Below, piece by piece: positions 1-10,600 of a stretch of 64,000 nucleotides of DNA. The notes under the pieces are model-generated. The model did not search any database, was not told the origin of the DNA, and worked only from the letters and a program-made list of their open reading frames with translations. The translations under genes and the position numbers were made by a program. Position 1 is the stretch's first letter, and each line of letters starts with the position of its first letter. The stretch is from a virus (lineage: Duplodnaviria > Caudoviricetes). Location of the stretch: positions 64,001-128,000 of IMG/VR virus record IMGVR_UViG_3300031992_000016; one strand, 5' to 3'.

Positions 1-125
1 GTGATGTTGAGCTTGCTGCTTTAAAGCAGAGTTCAGATGAGTATCGTAAGAACCGTGCGGCTGGTGGTACTGCAACTGCTACAACCACGGCTGCCGCAAG
101 CACTAATGCACTTTATGATTTTTAA
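1..125 (+). CDS. 3' end of probable single-stranded DNA-binding protein (partial)
   Basis: Frame from nt 3 reads ...DEYRKNRAAGGTATATTTAAASTNALYDF-TAA. A flexible linker ending in YDF is typical of SSB tails, and it precedes a Sak4-like gene. Confidence 0.5.
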   Translation, partial: DVELAALKQSSDEYRKNRAAGGTATATTTAAASTNALYDF

Positions 126-142
126 TTAAGGAGGGCACATAA

Positions 143-1147
143 ATGGCTAATGCATTGCTCTCTATTAAACCCCACGAAGTGTCTAAGGACCTTCGTGGGT
201 ATAGTGTCCTTTTGTACGGCACACCCAAAAGCGGTAAAACTTCTACCGCAGTTCAGTTCCCTAAACATTTGCTTCTTGCTTTTGAAAAGGGTTATAGCGC
301 AATTCCCGGCGCGATGGTTCAGCCAATTAACTCTTGGAATGAGTTTAAAGCAACTTTGATTGACCTTCGAGACGAGGATGTTAAAAAGACTTATGAAACC
401 ATCATTATTGATACAGCGGATATTGCTTATGATTACTGCTGTGAATATGTTGCTAGCTCTTATGATAAAGCATCTATTAGCGAAATCCCTTACGGTAAGG
501 GATACGAGCTTGTCATGACCGAATTTGATAAAGGTATCCGTAAAATCCTACAAATGGGTTACGGCCTTGTTCTTATCTCTCACGCTCAGGAACGCACTGA
601 TAAAGATGTTGATGGTTCAGATATTGTGCGGTTGATGCCTACTCTTGATAAACGTGGGCGCTTGATTTGCGAACGTACTTGTGACATTGTTGGTCTTATT
701 AAGCCTGCTCGTGGAGCAGACGGTATTGTTCGTAGCAGAATGTATATGCGCGAAACACCAGAATATCAGGCCGGTTCTCGTTTCAAGTATATGGTCGATA
801 GCATTGACCTTAGTTATGATAATCTTGTAAAAGCCATCTCAGATGCTATTGAAAAAGAAGAGCAGATGACTGGTGGAAAATATGTAACTGCAACACGTGA
901 GCAAGTTTATACTGAGGCTCCTAAGCCCGATGATGAAGATGATTTGCTCGCAGCCCAAGAAGAATTTAAAACTGTTGCTAGTCAGCTATTGACAAAAAAT
1001 CAGGCTAATCGCACCAAGATTGCCGCAGTAATTCTCCAATATCTCGGCAGAGATGAGAGCGGAGCACCGCGGAAAGTCACTGAAACCGAGGTAAAGGATG
1101 TTCCTGCAATTAGACTGATTAATAAAGACCTCGGCAGTTTGCTATAA
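143..1147 (+). CDS. AAA_24/Sak4-like ATPase (ssDNA annealing/recombination)
   Basis: Walker A GTPKSGKT, Walker B IIIDT, LISH motif; RBS AAGGAGG; replication-module context. Confidence 0.8.
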   Translation: MANALLSIKPHEVSKDLRGYSVLLYGTPKSGKTSTAVQFPKHLLLAFEKGYSAIPGAMVQPINSWNEFKATLIDLRDEDVKKTYETIIIDTADIAYDYCCEYVASSYDKASISEIPYGKGYELVMTEFDKGIRKILQMGYGLVLISHAQERTDKDVDGSDIVRLMPTLDKRGRLICERTCDIVGLIKPARGADGIVRSRMYMRETPEYQAGSRFKYMVDSIDLSYDNLVKAISDAIEKEEQMTGGKYVTATREQVYTEAPKPDDEDDLLAAQEEFKTVASQLLTKNQANRTKIAAVILQYLGRDESGAPRKVTETEVKDVPAIRLINKDLGSLL

Positions 1148-1157
1148 ACAATATTTC

Positions 1158-1193
1158 AAATCAACCGAGACAAAAATCTCGGTTGATTTTTTT
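1158..1193 (+). terminator. Rho-independent terminator overlapping the next promoter's -35
   Basis: AAATCAACCGAGA-caaaaa-TCTCGGTTGATTT stem followed by a T-run. Confidence 0.75.
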
Positions 1194-1211
1194 CTAAAAT
1201 TATGATATAAT
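1183..1211 (+). promoter_or_regulatory. SigA/sigma70-type promoter, extended -10
   Basis: TTGATT-N17-TATAAT with TG at the extended -10 position (TATGATATAAT). Confidence 0.8.
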
Positions 1212-1232
1212 ATATATAAGGAAGGTGAGATA

Positions 1233-1757
1233 GTGGCGCATTATGTGCATTGTGTATTTTGTAATGAGCGTTTTGATCGTGATAAAGTGCCATGTGTAGC
1301 AATAAGTCAGCGACGCTATGCTCATACGGATTGTGCAACTGCCGCCGAAGCAGGAAAATCAAAAGAAGAGCATGATTATGATGAATTAGTTGCATATATT
1401 AAGAAATTATTTGATATAACACAATTATCACCAAAGATAAATAAACAAATTCAAGTATATCATGATGAAAATAATTTTTCTTATAGCGGCATCCATAAAT
1501 CATTGGTTTATTTTTATGAAGTAAAAGGTAATTCAATAGCAAAAGCAAATGGCGGTATTGGTATTGTCCCGTATGTATATGATGTGGCAAAACAATATTA
1601 CACTGCAATTTGGATTGCTAATCAGCAAAATAAAGAAAAAGCACAAGCAATTTTACCAGAAATGGTACAGACGAAAACAGTAGTAATTACAATTCCTCGT
1701 CCAGTACCAAAAAAGAAAGCACCATTTAGTTTTTTGGACGAGGAGGCAGTTGAATAA
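1233..1757 (+). CDS. Zn-finger replication protein, possible helicase loader/partner
   Basis: N-terminal CVFC...HTDC motif; GTG start with AAGGTG RBS; TAATG coupling to the helicase gene. Confidence 0.5.
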   Translation: MAHYVHCVFCNERFDRDKVPCVAISQRRYAHTDCATAAEAGKSKEEHDYDELVAYIKKLFDITQLSPKINKQIQVYHDENNFSYSGIHKSLVYFYEVKGNSIAKANGGIGIVPYVYDVAKQYYTAIWIANQQNKEKAQAILPEMVQTKTVVITIPRPVPKKKAPFSFLDEEAVE

Positions 1758-3298
1758 TGGCATCTAAATATGTAGATACAACTGCAATTATCCAGGTAAT
1801 TGGTAATATATTTAATAATCCAACATTGTTGGATAATACTGAACAGGAATACAGTTTATCAGAAGCAGACTTCCCAGAAGACTTCCACAAAGTGTTAATC
1901 GGTGCAATTTATAAACTATATACAAGTGGAGTTAATCCTATACGATTAACTGATATAGTAGATTATTTGGAAAGTCGGCCCAAAAGTAAAGCAATTTTTG
2001 AAGTTAATCATGGTGAAGATTATTTGCATCATATCTCTAAAAATGCAAATGCTTTAACATTTAACTATTATTATGCAAGATTAAAAAAATTTTCTCTTTT
2101 AAGAGCGTATGATGATTTGGGTTTTAAATTAGAAGAATATTATGACCCAGACACATTAGATAGTAAGAAAAAAGAAGAACAAGAAGAATGGCTTGATAAT
2201 ACTTCACTTGAAAGAATTGCTGATTGTTTTGAAGCAAAAATTGAGTCCATTCGAGAACAATATACTACTGATACATCTTATAATCATTCATATAGCGCTG
2301 GCGATGGCATTGTTGAATTGATTAAGAAACTGGAAGAGCATCCAGATGTTGGTGTTCCACTGTATGGGCAGTATATATCAACAATAACGAGAGGCGCGCG
2401 ACTTGGAAAATTATACCTTAGATCCGCTCCAACGGGCGTTGGTAAAACTCGTAGTATGGTGGCGGATGCTTGTTATATCGGCTGTAATAAGATATATGAT
2501 AAAGATTTTGGTATGTGGATCAACAACGGACAAGCGCTACCAACAGTGTTTATCGCTACTGAACAGGATAAAGAAGAGATACAGACTTTGATGCTGGCTT
2601 TCTTATCCAGCGTTGATGAAAGACATATCTTAATGGGACAGTATGAAAATGATGAGCGTGAGAGAGTTATGGAAGCGGCAAAAATTATTCAAGAGTCACC
2701 AATGTGGATTGAAGAGCTACCGCAATTCAATTTGCAAGACGTAGAGAATACTGTCAAACGCGCAATTAGAGAACATGATGTAAGATATATCTTTCATGAT
2801 TACATTCATACCAGTTTAAAGATTTTGGAAGAAATTAGTAAGCGCGCTGGTAAAATAGCATTACGTGAAGATAATATTTTGTTTATGTTATCAGCCCGCT
2901 TAAAAGAAATTTGTGAAAAACATAATGTTTTTATGATGACCGCAACACAGTTGAACGGCGATTGGAAAGACAGTAAAACACCTGACCAGAATTTGCTGCG
3001 TGGCGCAAAAGCAATAGCAGATAAGATTGACTATGGTAGTATTTTATTGCCAGTCACAGATGATGATTTAACTAAAATTCAAAGCATTATTGGCGCGAAC
3101 CCACGATGGACCGCGCCGAACCTGAAATTGTCTGTTTATAAAAATAGACGAGGAGAATATAAAAGTGTATTATTGTGGTGTAAAGCTGACTTAGGCACTT
3201 GTCATATCGACCCGATGTTTATGACAGATTATTCATTTAATTTGATTCCTATTGAAGATTTAAAAATTATGTTTGAAGAAGAGGAGCGTGTATTTTAA
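1757..3298 (+). CDS. dnaB: DnaB-like replicative helicase
   Basis: Walker A SAPTGVGKT, IATEQ, FHDYIH, TATQLN, KNRRG (SF4 motifs). Confidence 0.9.
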   Translation: MASKYVDTTAIIQVIGNIFNNPTLLDNTEQEYSLSEADFPEDFHKVLIGAIYKLYTSGVNPIRLTDIVDYLESRPKSKAIFEVNHGEDYLHHISKNANALTFNYYYARLKKFSLLRAYDDLGFKLEEYYDPDTLDSKKKEEQEEWLDNTSLERIADCFEAKIESIREQYTTDTSYNHSYSAGDGIVELIKKLEEHPDVGVPLYGQYISTITRGARLGKLYLRSAPTGVGKTRSMVADACYIGCNKIYDKDFGMWINNGQALPTVFIATEQDKEEIQTLMLAFLSSVDERHILMGQYENDERERVMEAAKIIQESPMWIEELPQFNLQDVENTVKRAIREHDVRYIFHDYIHTSLKILEEISKRAGKIALREDNILFMLSARLKEICEKHNVFMMTATQLNGDWKDSKTPDQNLLRGAKAIADKIDYGSILLPVTDDDLTKIQSIIGANPRWTAPNLKLSVYKNRRGEYKSVLLWCKADLGTCHIDPMFMTDYSFNLIPIEDLKIMFEEEERVF

Positions 3299-3300
3299 AA

Positions 3301-3546
3301 ATGGCAACGATTGCGAAAGAATTGGTTTATAGCAAAGGACACAAGAAAGTAATTCGCGGACGTGAATTGCAATATGTGATGCCTCTTGAAGAATATCGTG
3401 CTATCGCTGGTCAGGGACCGAAGAATATGAATTCTCCTGATTATGTGCTGGATTATCTTAATGAAGCTGGTGGCTTTCTTGGAACTGTCACTAAAATCGT
3501 AACAGAAGATACGCCCATCCATATTATTCATAACTTAGAGGAGTAA
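3301..3546 (+). CDS. hypothetical protein
   Basis: 81-aa ORF filling the helicase-primase gap. Confidence 0.6.
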   Translation: MATIAKELVYSKGHKKVIRGRELQYVMPLEEYRAIAGQGPKNMNSPDYVLDYLNEAGGFLGTVTKIVTEDTPIHIIHNLEE

Positions 3547-3548
3547 TT

Positions 3549-4652
3549 ATGTATTATTATGACAAGGACGAAATCAAAAATAAACTCACTACTGATATGA
3601 TTTTTGAGTGTGTCCAGGATTGTGGCGGTTCTCCTAACCGCACCCCATTCGGCTTTATATCCGCCACAATCTGTCATAATAAATATGGAGAAGGTTCTCA
3701 CAAATTGTATTATTATGAGAATACTCGTTTGTTTAGATGTTATACAGGTTGTGACGCGACATTTGATATTTTTGAATTAATTACTAAAATTCATAAGATT
3801 AATCATCCGGAAGATACTGAATGGTCTTTGTATAGCTCAGTTTGTTGGGTAGCGCAAAAGTTTCATTTTGCTCCTACAAATACAGTAACAAAAGAAGCAG
3901 GTAAAGAATTACCAGAGTGGGGATTATTTGAACGGCGCGCACAATTTAAATTAACAGAAGAACAACCTCGTATTCAGTTACCAGAATTTCCAAAAACTAT
4001 TTTATATAATTTGCCACGCCCGATTGTTCCTGACTGGATAAATGAAGGCATGACGCAAGAAGCAATCAATCATCATATGATTGGTTATTATGCACCAACA
4101 GAGCAATTAACTATTCCGCACTTTGATATAGATGATAGATTTATAGGATTGCGCGGGCGAGCACTCGGTGAAGATGGTGCGCAATATGGTAAATATCGCC
4201 CAATGATGATTAGTGGTAGAATGTATAATCATCCATTGGGTTTAAATTTATATAATATTAATAATGCTAAAACCGCAATACAAAAGATACGTAAAGCAAT
4301 TATCTTTGAAGGCGAGAAAAGCGCCATTTTATATGAATCATATTTTGGACAAGAAAATGATATTTCTGTTGCGTGTTGCGGTTCTAACATTAGTAGTTAT
4401 CAAATTAAATTATTATTAGACCTCGGAGTGGAAGAAATTATTATCGCGTTTGATAGACAGTTTCAAACGCGAGGGGATGAAGAATTTAAACATCTAACTC
4501 GAAATCTAACTTCCATAAACAAAAAATATAGGCCGTATGTATTAATCTCTTTTATCTTTGATAAAACGGATTTACTGCCCTATAAAGCATCCCCAATAGA
4601 TTTAGGTAAAGACGTTTTTTTGAAGATGTTTAAGGAGAGAATTATTCTATGA
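3549..4652 (+). CDS. DnaG-like DNA primase
   Basis: Zn-binding CH...CYTGC, GLRGR, Toprim FEGEKS and IIIAFD. Confidence 0.85.
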   Translation: MYYYDKDEIKNKLTTDMIFECVQDCGGSPNRTPFGFISATICHNKYGEGSHKLYYYENTRLFRCYTGCDATFDIFELITKIHKINHPEDTEWSLYSSVCWVAQKFHFAPTNTVTKEAGKELPEWGLFERRAQFKLTEEQPRIQLPEFPKTILYNLPRPIVPDWINEGMTQEAINHHMIGYYAPTEQLTIPHFDIDDRFIGLRGRALGEDGAQYGKYRPMMISGRMYNHPLGLNLYNINNAKTAIQKIRKAIIFEGEKSAILYESYFGQENDISVACCGSNISSYQIKLLLDLGVEEIIIAFDRQFQTRGDEEFKHLTRNLTSINKKYRPYVLISFIFDKTDLLPYKASPIDLGKDVFLKMFKERIIL

Positions 4653-6400
4653 AATATAAGTTGATTAATGAACAAACATATAGTGATTGGATAGAACAGG
4701 TTTTACACAATCGTGGTTTAACTGATAGAGAGATACATCTTTATTTAAATCCATATGAGTCATTGGAGCACGATTGGCGTGAATTATCACATATAGGAGA
4801 TGCGGCGTATCAAGTAGCAATGGCAATCGCGCAGCAAAAGAAGGTATATGTACAAGTCGATTGCGACTGCGATGGCTATACCTCTGCCGCGGCACTATTA
4901 AATTATTTATGGTCATTATTTCCAGCTACTATTGAAAATAACTGGACGTGGGGACTTCATGCTAATAAAGAACATGGCATTGAAGTAGAAGCAGTAAAAA
5001 CATTAATCCCCTCTGGCTTACATATGGTAATTGCGCCTGATAGTTCAAGTAATGAGCATGACATACATAAAGAACTATTAAATGATTGGAATATTAAAAC
5101 AATAGTATTAGACCACCATGAAGCAACACCTGATGCAGAAGACCCCGCGTATATTGTAAATAATCAAATGTGCAATTATCCAAATAAAACATTAAGTGGC
5201 GTTGGCATTGTTTATAAATTCTGTGAAGCATTTGATGAGATGTTTGGTTTTAATAATCATACGCAGATTTTAGACTTAGTTGCTCTTGGTATGATTGGTG
5301 ATATGATGGATATGCGTTCATTAGAAACTCGATATTTAATTACTGAAGGTCTAGCATATCCGCAAAATCCATATTTTACTGGAATGTTAATGAAACAGCA
5401 ATACCAGCTGCAAGATAATTTTACGCCATTTAATATAGCATTTTATGTTGTGCCATATATTAATGCAATTACAAGAGTAGGAACACAAGAAGAAAAAGAA
5501 TTAATCTTTCAAGCATTATTAGATTTTAAAGCGCATAATTTAATTGTTTCTACAAAACGTGGTGACGCACCTGGGACTATGACTGAACTAGTAACACAAG
5601 CTGTGCGGGTGTGCGGCAATGTGAAGGCACGACAGGAACGAGAAAAGAAAGCAGTAATTGACCAATTAGATGATATGATTGTAAATAATCGTCTTACAGA
5701 TTATCCAGTGATTATTTGTGAGATGAAAGAACCAATAGATGCAAATCTCACTGGCTTAGTTGCTAACTATGTAATGGCTAAATACGGTAAGCCAACACTT
5801 ATTCTTAATTGGCGCGATGACCATTGGGCTGGTAGCGGTCGCGCATTTCCAATAGCCGAAGTAGAGAATTGGCGTAATTTTTTTGAGAACGATTGCTCAG
5901 TTATATATGCGCAAGGACATGCTAATGCTTTTGGTATCGCAATGACTGCGGAGCAATTACAAGAATTAAAACAGCAAATGAACACTTGGTCTTTTGTAAT
6001 TACTCCTATTCATGACGTTGATTTTGTATTTAATGCTAAATCTGAATTGTTGGTACATTGTATTAAACGTCTTACTGAACGCGGCGATTTGTGGGGACAA
6101 GGAGTAAGCGAACCAGAAATTTGTGTTGAGCATGTAAAAATAGATGCGAAACAAATTCATTTATTTTCTCCTGATAAAAAACCTACCATTCGTTTCGATT
6201 TGCCGCACAATATCGCAGGAATGATTTTTAATACAACGCAAACAGTATATGATAAATTAGTCAGTATGATACCTGAGATGGGTGCGATTGAATTAAGGAT
6301 TATTGGTAAGGCATCATTAAATAATTATAATGGGAATATTACACAACAAATCATAATCTCTGACTATGAAGTAACAAATGTGATAGACCTTGACTTTTAA
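4649..6400 (+). CDS. recJ: RecJ-like ssDNA exonuclease (DHH/DHHA1)
   Basis: DCDCDGYTS, LDHH, IGDMM, GSGR, GHANAFG motifs. Confidence 0.88.
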   Translation: MKYKLINEQTYSDWIEQVLHNRGLTDREIHLYLNPYESLEHDWRELSHIGDAAYQVAMAIAQQKKVYVQVDCDCDGYTSAAALLNYLWSLFPATIENNWTWGLHANKEHGIEVEAVKTLIPSGLHMVIAPDSSSNEHDIHKELLNDWNIKTIVLDHHEATPDAEDPAYIVNNQMCNYPNKTLSGVGIVYKFCEAFDEMFGFNNHTQILDLVALGMIGDMMDMRSLETRYLITEGLAYPQNPYFTGMLMKQQYQLQDNFTPFNIAFYVVPYINAITRVGTQEEKELIFQALLDFKAHNLIVSTKRGDAPGTMTELVTQAVRVCGNVKARQEREKKAVIDQLDDMIVNNRLTDYPVIICEMKEPIDANLTGLVANYVMAKYGKPTLILNWRDDHWAGSGRAFPIAEVENWRNFFENDCSVIYAQGHANAFGIAMTAEQLQELKQQMNTWSFVITPIHDVDFVFNAKSELLVHCIKRLTERGDLWGQGVSEPEICVEHVKIDAKQIHLFSPDKKPTIRFDLPHNIAGMIFNTTQTVYDKLVSMIPEMGAIELRIIGKASLNNYNGNITQQIIISDYEVTNVIDLDF

Positions 6401-6418
6401 ATAAAAATATGATATAAT
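6390..6418 (+). promoter_or_regulatory. SigA-type promoter
   Basis: TTGACT-N17-TATAAT, extended -10 TATGATATAAT. Confidence 0.8.
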
Positions 6419-6442
6419 AAATATAGAAAATAGTAGGAGATT

Positions 6443-7639
6443 ATGTGTATGATTTTAACTGCTAAACAAGAACAAGGATTGAAAATCGCGGTTGAACGTT
6501 ATCATAATAATGAACCATATACAGTAATCGCAGGCTATGCTGGCACTGGTAAATCTACTCTTATTAGATTTATCATTGCCGCATTAGATTTAGATGAACA
6601 TTTTGTAACCTATGTGGCATATACGGGAAAAGCCGCGCAAGTGTTGCGGAACAAGGGTTGCCCTAATGCTCGTACAGCACACAAGTTGCTCTATCGTTCA
6701 GTTCCTAAAAAGGATGGAACATTTTTTCATCTACCTGTTGAGTCATTAGCGCCATATCAATTAGTTGTTGTTGATGAAGTTTCTATGCTCCCTAAGAAAA
6801 TGTGGGAGCAATTATTGTCATATGGTGTTCATGTTATTGCTTTGGGCGATCCTGGCCAGTTGCCACCTGTTGCGGCAGAAGATAATGGTGTATTGGAGCA
6901 TCCGCAAATCTTTTTGGACGAAGTAATGCGGCAAGCAGAAGAAAGCGAAATTATTCGTTTAACTATGGACATTCGAGAAGGGAAGCCTTTACAATACCAA
7001 CATGGACAAGAAGTGCGTGTTGTAGATCGTAATGAATTTTTAAAGCCAGGTTTCCTCTTTTGGGCCGACCAAGTATTGGTTGGAAAAAATGCTACCAGAC
7101 GTTTGCTTAATATGTCAATGCGGCAAGGGCTATGGAAAGAGCAATATCAAGAGGAACCAATCGTAGGAGATAAATTAATTTGTTTGCGCAACGATTGGGA
7201 TAGAAGTAATGCTTCTGGTGATGCAATGGTTAATGGTATGACTGGGCATTTAAAATATATTAGATATGCTACTGCCAAAACAGAAATTAACCCTTTTATG
7301 AAGCGCACACCCATTATTGATTTCCAACCTGACTATGAAGATGCTGGGTTATTTGACTCAGTAGAAGTTGATTATAAGTTACTTACTACTGGCGAACCAA
7401 CAGTGGTAAGAGGATTTAATGGTAATTGGGGAAAAATACCTAAGTTATATCATCCTCATGAATTTGATTATGGGTATGCGATTACGACGCATAAAAGCCA
7501 GGGTAGTGAATTTGACAAAGTAATTGTTTTAGAAGAGTTTTTGAAAAGTGAAAGTCGTGAAGACCATATTAAATGGTTATATACCGCGGCAACACGTGCG
7601 GCAAAGAAGTTGATTATTGTTAAGAATTTTCACCCTTGA
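6443..7639 (+). CDS. RecD/Dda-like SF1B helicase
   Basis: GYAGTGKS, VVDEVSM, GDPGQLPPV, YAITTHKSQGSEF, YTAATRA. Confidence 0.9.
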   Translation: MCMILTAKQEQGLKIAVERYHNNEPYTVIAGYAGTGKSTLIRFIIAALDLDEHFVTYVAYTGKAAQVLRNKGCPNARTAHKLLYRSVPKKDGTFFHLPVESLAPYQLVVVDEVSMLPKKMWEQLLSYGVHVIALGDPGQLPPVAAEDNGVLEHPQIFLDEVMRQAEESEIIRLTMDIREGKPLQYQHGQEVRVVDRNEFLKPGFLFWADQVLVGKNATRRLLNMSMRQGLWKEQYQEEPIVGDKLICLRNDWDRSNASGDAMVNGMTGHLKYIRYATAKTEINPFMKRTPIIDFQPDYEDAGLFDSVEVDYKLLTTGEPTVVRGFNGNWGKIPKLYHPHEFDYGYAITTHKSQGSEFDKVIVLEEFLKSESREDHIKWLYTAATRAAKKLIIVKNFHP

Positions 7640-7664
7640 TTTTTTTAAAAAAGTATGATATAAT
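7636..7664 (+). promoter_or_regulatory. SigA-type promoter
   Basis: TTGATT-N17-TATAAT, extended -10 TATGATATAAT. Confidence 0.8.
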
Positions 7665-7697
7665 ATATATAGAATAAGGAAGAAAGAGGATTGTTGT

Positions 7698-10600
7698 ATG
7701 GCATTTTTTAACGATCATAATCACACGATGTATAGCAATCTTCGGTTAATTGATAGTATAAATAAACCGAAAGACTTAATTGATTATGCAATTCAATTAG
7801 GTCTTTCTGGTATTGCAATTACAGACCATGAAGCATTGTGTTGTCATATCGAAGTAAATCAGTATGCGCAGAAAATAAAAGAGCAGCATCCTGATTTTAA
7901 AATTGCATTAGGAAATGAAATTTATTTAACTGATACAAGAGAACCTCGGCAGAATTATTATCATTTTATTTTGATTGCAAAAGATGCACTTGGGCATAAG
8001 GCATTGCGTATTTTGAGTTCAAAAGCATGGTATAATACGTATTATGCAAGTATGGAAAGAGTTCCAACTTTGAAAAGTGAATTGGCCGAAGTAATGCAGG
8101 AGTATAAGGGACATGTAATCGCAACAACTGCATGTATTGGCGGCGAGCTTGGACAAAATTTTTTACATCAACGGATAATGCTGAAAGCCGGTTTAGCAGA
8201 TACGCAAGCTGAACAAAACATTCGTGAGTATTTGGATTTTTGCATTAATCTTTTTGGTGACGATTTTTATATTGAAGTTGCACCTGGCGAAAGTGAAGAG
8301 CAGATTTATGTAAATAAAAGATTATGGGAAATTGCGCAGGAATATAATTTAAAGATTGTCCCTGGAACAGATAGTCATTATTTGAAAAAAGAATTGCGGT
8401 TTGCGCATAAAGCATATCTTAATTCAAAAGATGGCGAACGTGAAGTTGATACATTTTATGAATATGCGTATTTAATGAGCGAAGAAGAGTGCCGTCAGCA
8501 TCTACATGCAAGTTTTGATGATAATACGATTGACTGGATGTTTGAATGCACTCAAACGATGCAGAATAGCATACAAGATTATTCTTTGGAGCGTCCGCAG
8601 CAAATCCCAACAGTTAAGATTGACCCACCTGCTCCATGTGCATGGTGGGGAGTAAATAATCCATTTGCTGATGATTTTGGTAAAGGCGGATGCTATGAAC
8701 TAATTGGTTCATTATTCACATCAAAAGAGCCCCAGGAACGTCAATGGATTAATGATGTGTGGGATGCTTTGGCTGATAAGATTGGTTATTGGGGAGAACA
8801 TGAAGATTATGTGGCAAGAATTCAAACAGAAGCTGAGGTCATCAGATACATTGGAGATCGCCTTGGGACTTGTCTATTTGCTTATTTCAATACCTTTAAG
8901 CATTATATTGATTTGTTCTGGGATTGTGGTTCTATCGTTGGCCCTGGTCGTGGCAGTGCTACGGGATTTTTATCAAATTATCTGCTTGGTATTACGCAAC
9001 TTGACCCAATGAAATGGGATTTACCTTGGTGGAGATTTTTGAATAAAGAACGCGCGGAATTGCCTGATATTGATATTGACTTGGCGCCAAGCGTTCGTCC
9101 TGAAATTTTTGAGAAGATTAGAGAAGAACGTGGCGAACTTGGATGTGTTCAGGTTGTTACGTTTGGAACAGAAGGGACAAAAAGTGCAATTCAAACAGCA
9201 TGCCGTGGATATAGAGCGCAAGATGATTTTGGTAAAGAGTTATATCCTGATGGTATTGATGTTGATGTGGCAAACTATCTTAGTTCTTTAATTCCACAAG
9301 AACGTGGATTTTTGTGGAGTTTGCATGATTGTATTTATGGAAATGAAGAGTTAAATCGTAAGCCTGTTGGTTTATTGATATTGGAATTAGATAAGTATCC
9401 AGGATTGTTGAATATTATTGAAAATATTGAAGGTATTGTTAAGCAGCGTGGTATTCATGCATCTGGTGTAATTTTATATGATGCAGAACATATTTATGAC
9501 ACCGCCGCGATTATGCGTAGTAAAGAAGGAGATTTAACTACTTGTTATGACTTGCATATGTGTGAGGCAGCTGGCGATACTAAATATGACTTCTTGGTAA
9601 CAGAAGTTTGTGATAAAATTATCAAATGTTATGAACTTTTGAAAGAACATTATGAAATTCCAAATATCAACTTGCGGTCATTTTATGATCACTATCTTCA
9701 TCCCGAACATATTGATGTAAATAATCCTATTATTTGGGATCATCTTGCAAAAGGTGACGTATTAGATGTGTTCCAATTCAATAGCGGTGTTGGATTAGCG
9801 ATGGCAAAAGCAATTAAAGCAACTAATCCTTTAGAAATGACTGCTGCGAACGCTATGATACGTCTAATGTCAGAACCTGGCGTTGAAAGCCAGCAGGATA
9901 GATATATTAGAATTAGAGATGGCGGCATTGGTTTATTTGATAAAGAAATGCGTCAAGCACATTTACCAGAGAATATGATTGAAGCAATGCATAAGTATTG
10001 TGATACATATTATGGATGTTGTGCAATTCAAGAGCAAATGATGCAAATTCTAATGGATGACAATATCGCTCATTTCACATTGAAAGAAGCAAATGATGCA
10101 CGTAAAATCGTAGCAAAGAAACAAATGAAACGTATCCCAGAGTTGCGGCAGAAAGTATATAATGCTATTGGAGATACGAAAAAAGCAGACTATATTTGGG
10201 AAGTTGCAGTGCGGCCACAGCTGGGATATGCGTTTAGTTTGAATCATAGTTTGCCTTATAGCTTTGTTGGCATTCAAACCATTATTTTAGCAACTCAGTT
10301 TAGTCCAGTATATTGGAATGCAGCATGTTTGATTGTAAATAGTGGTGCGGTCGATCCAGAGGAGAAGGGTCAAACTGATTACGCGAAAATTGCGAAAGCA
10401 GTTAATGATATTAAAGATCGTGGAATTGTTGTATCACCTATTGACATTAATGTATCAGAATATGGTTTCACGCCGAACGCCGCAACTAATTCAATTATGT
10501 TCGGTATGAAAGGATTGTTGAATGTAGGTGAAGATGTTATCACAACTATCATCAACAATCGTCCGTATGTAAGTTTTGAAGATTTTTACAATAGAGTAAA

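Noticed and set aside
4440-4470. Primase Toprim DxD reads DRQ, suggesting inactivity
   Set aside because: The rest of the gene is intact in a complete replisome cluster; more likely a family variant, and not judgeable without an alignment.
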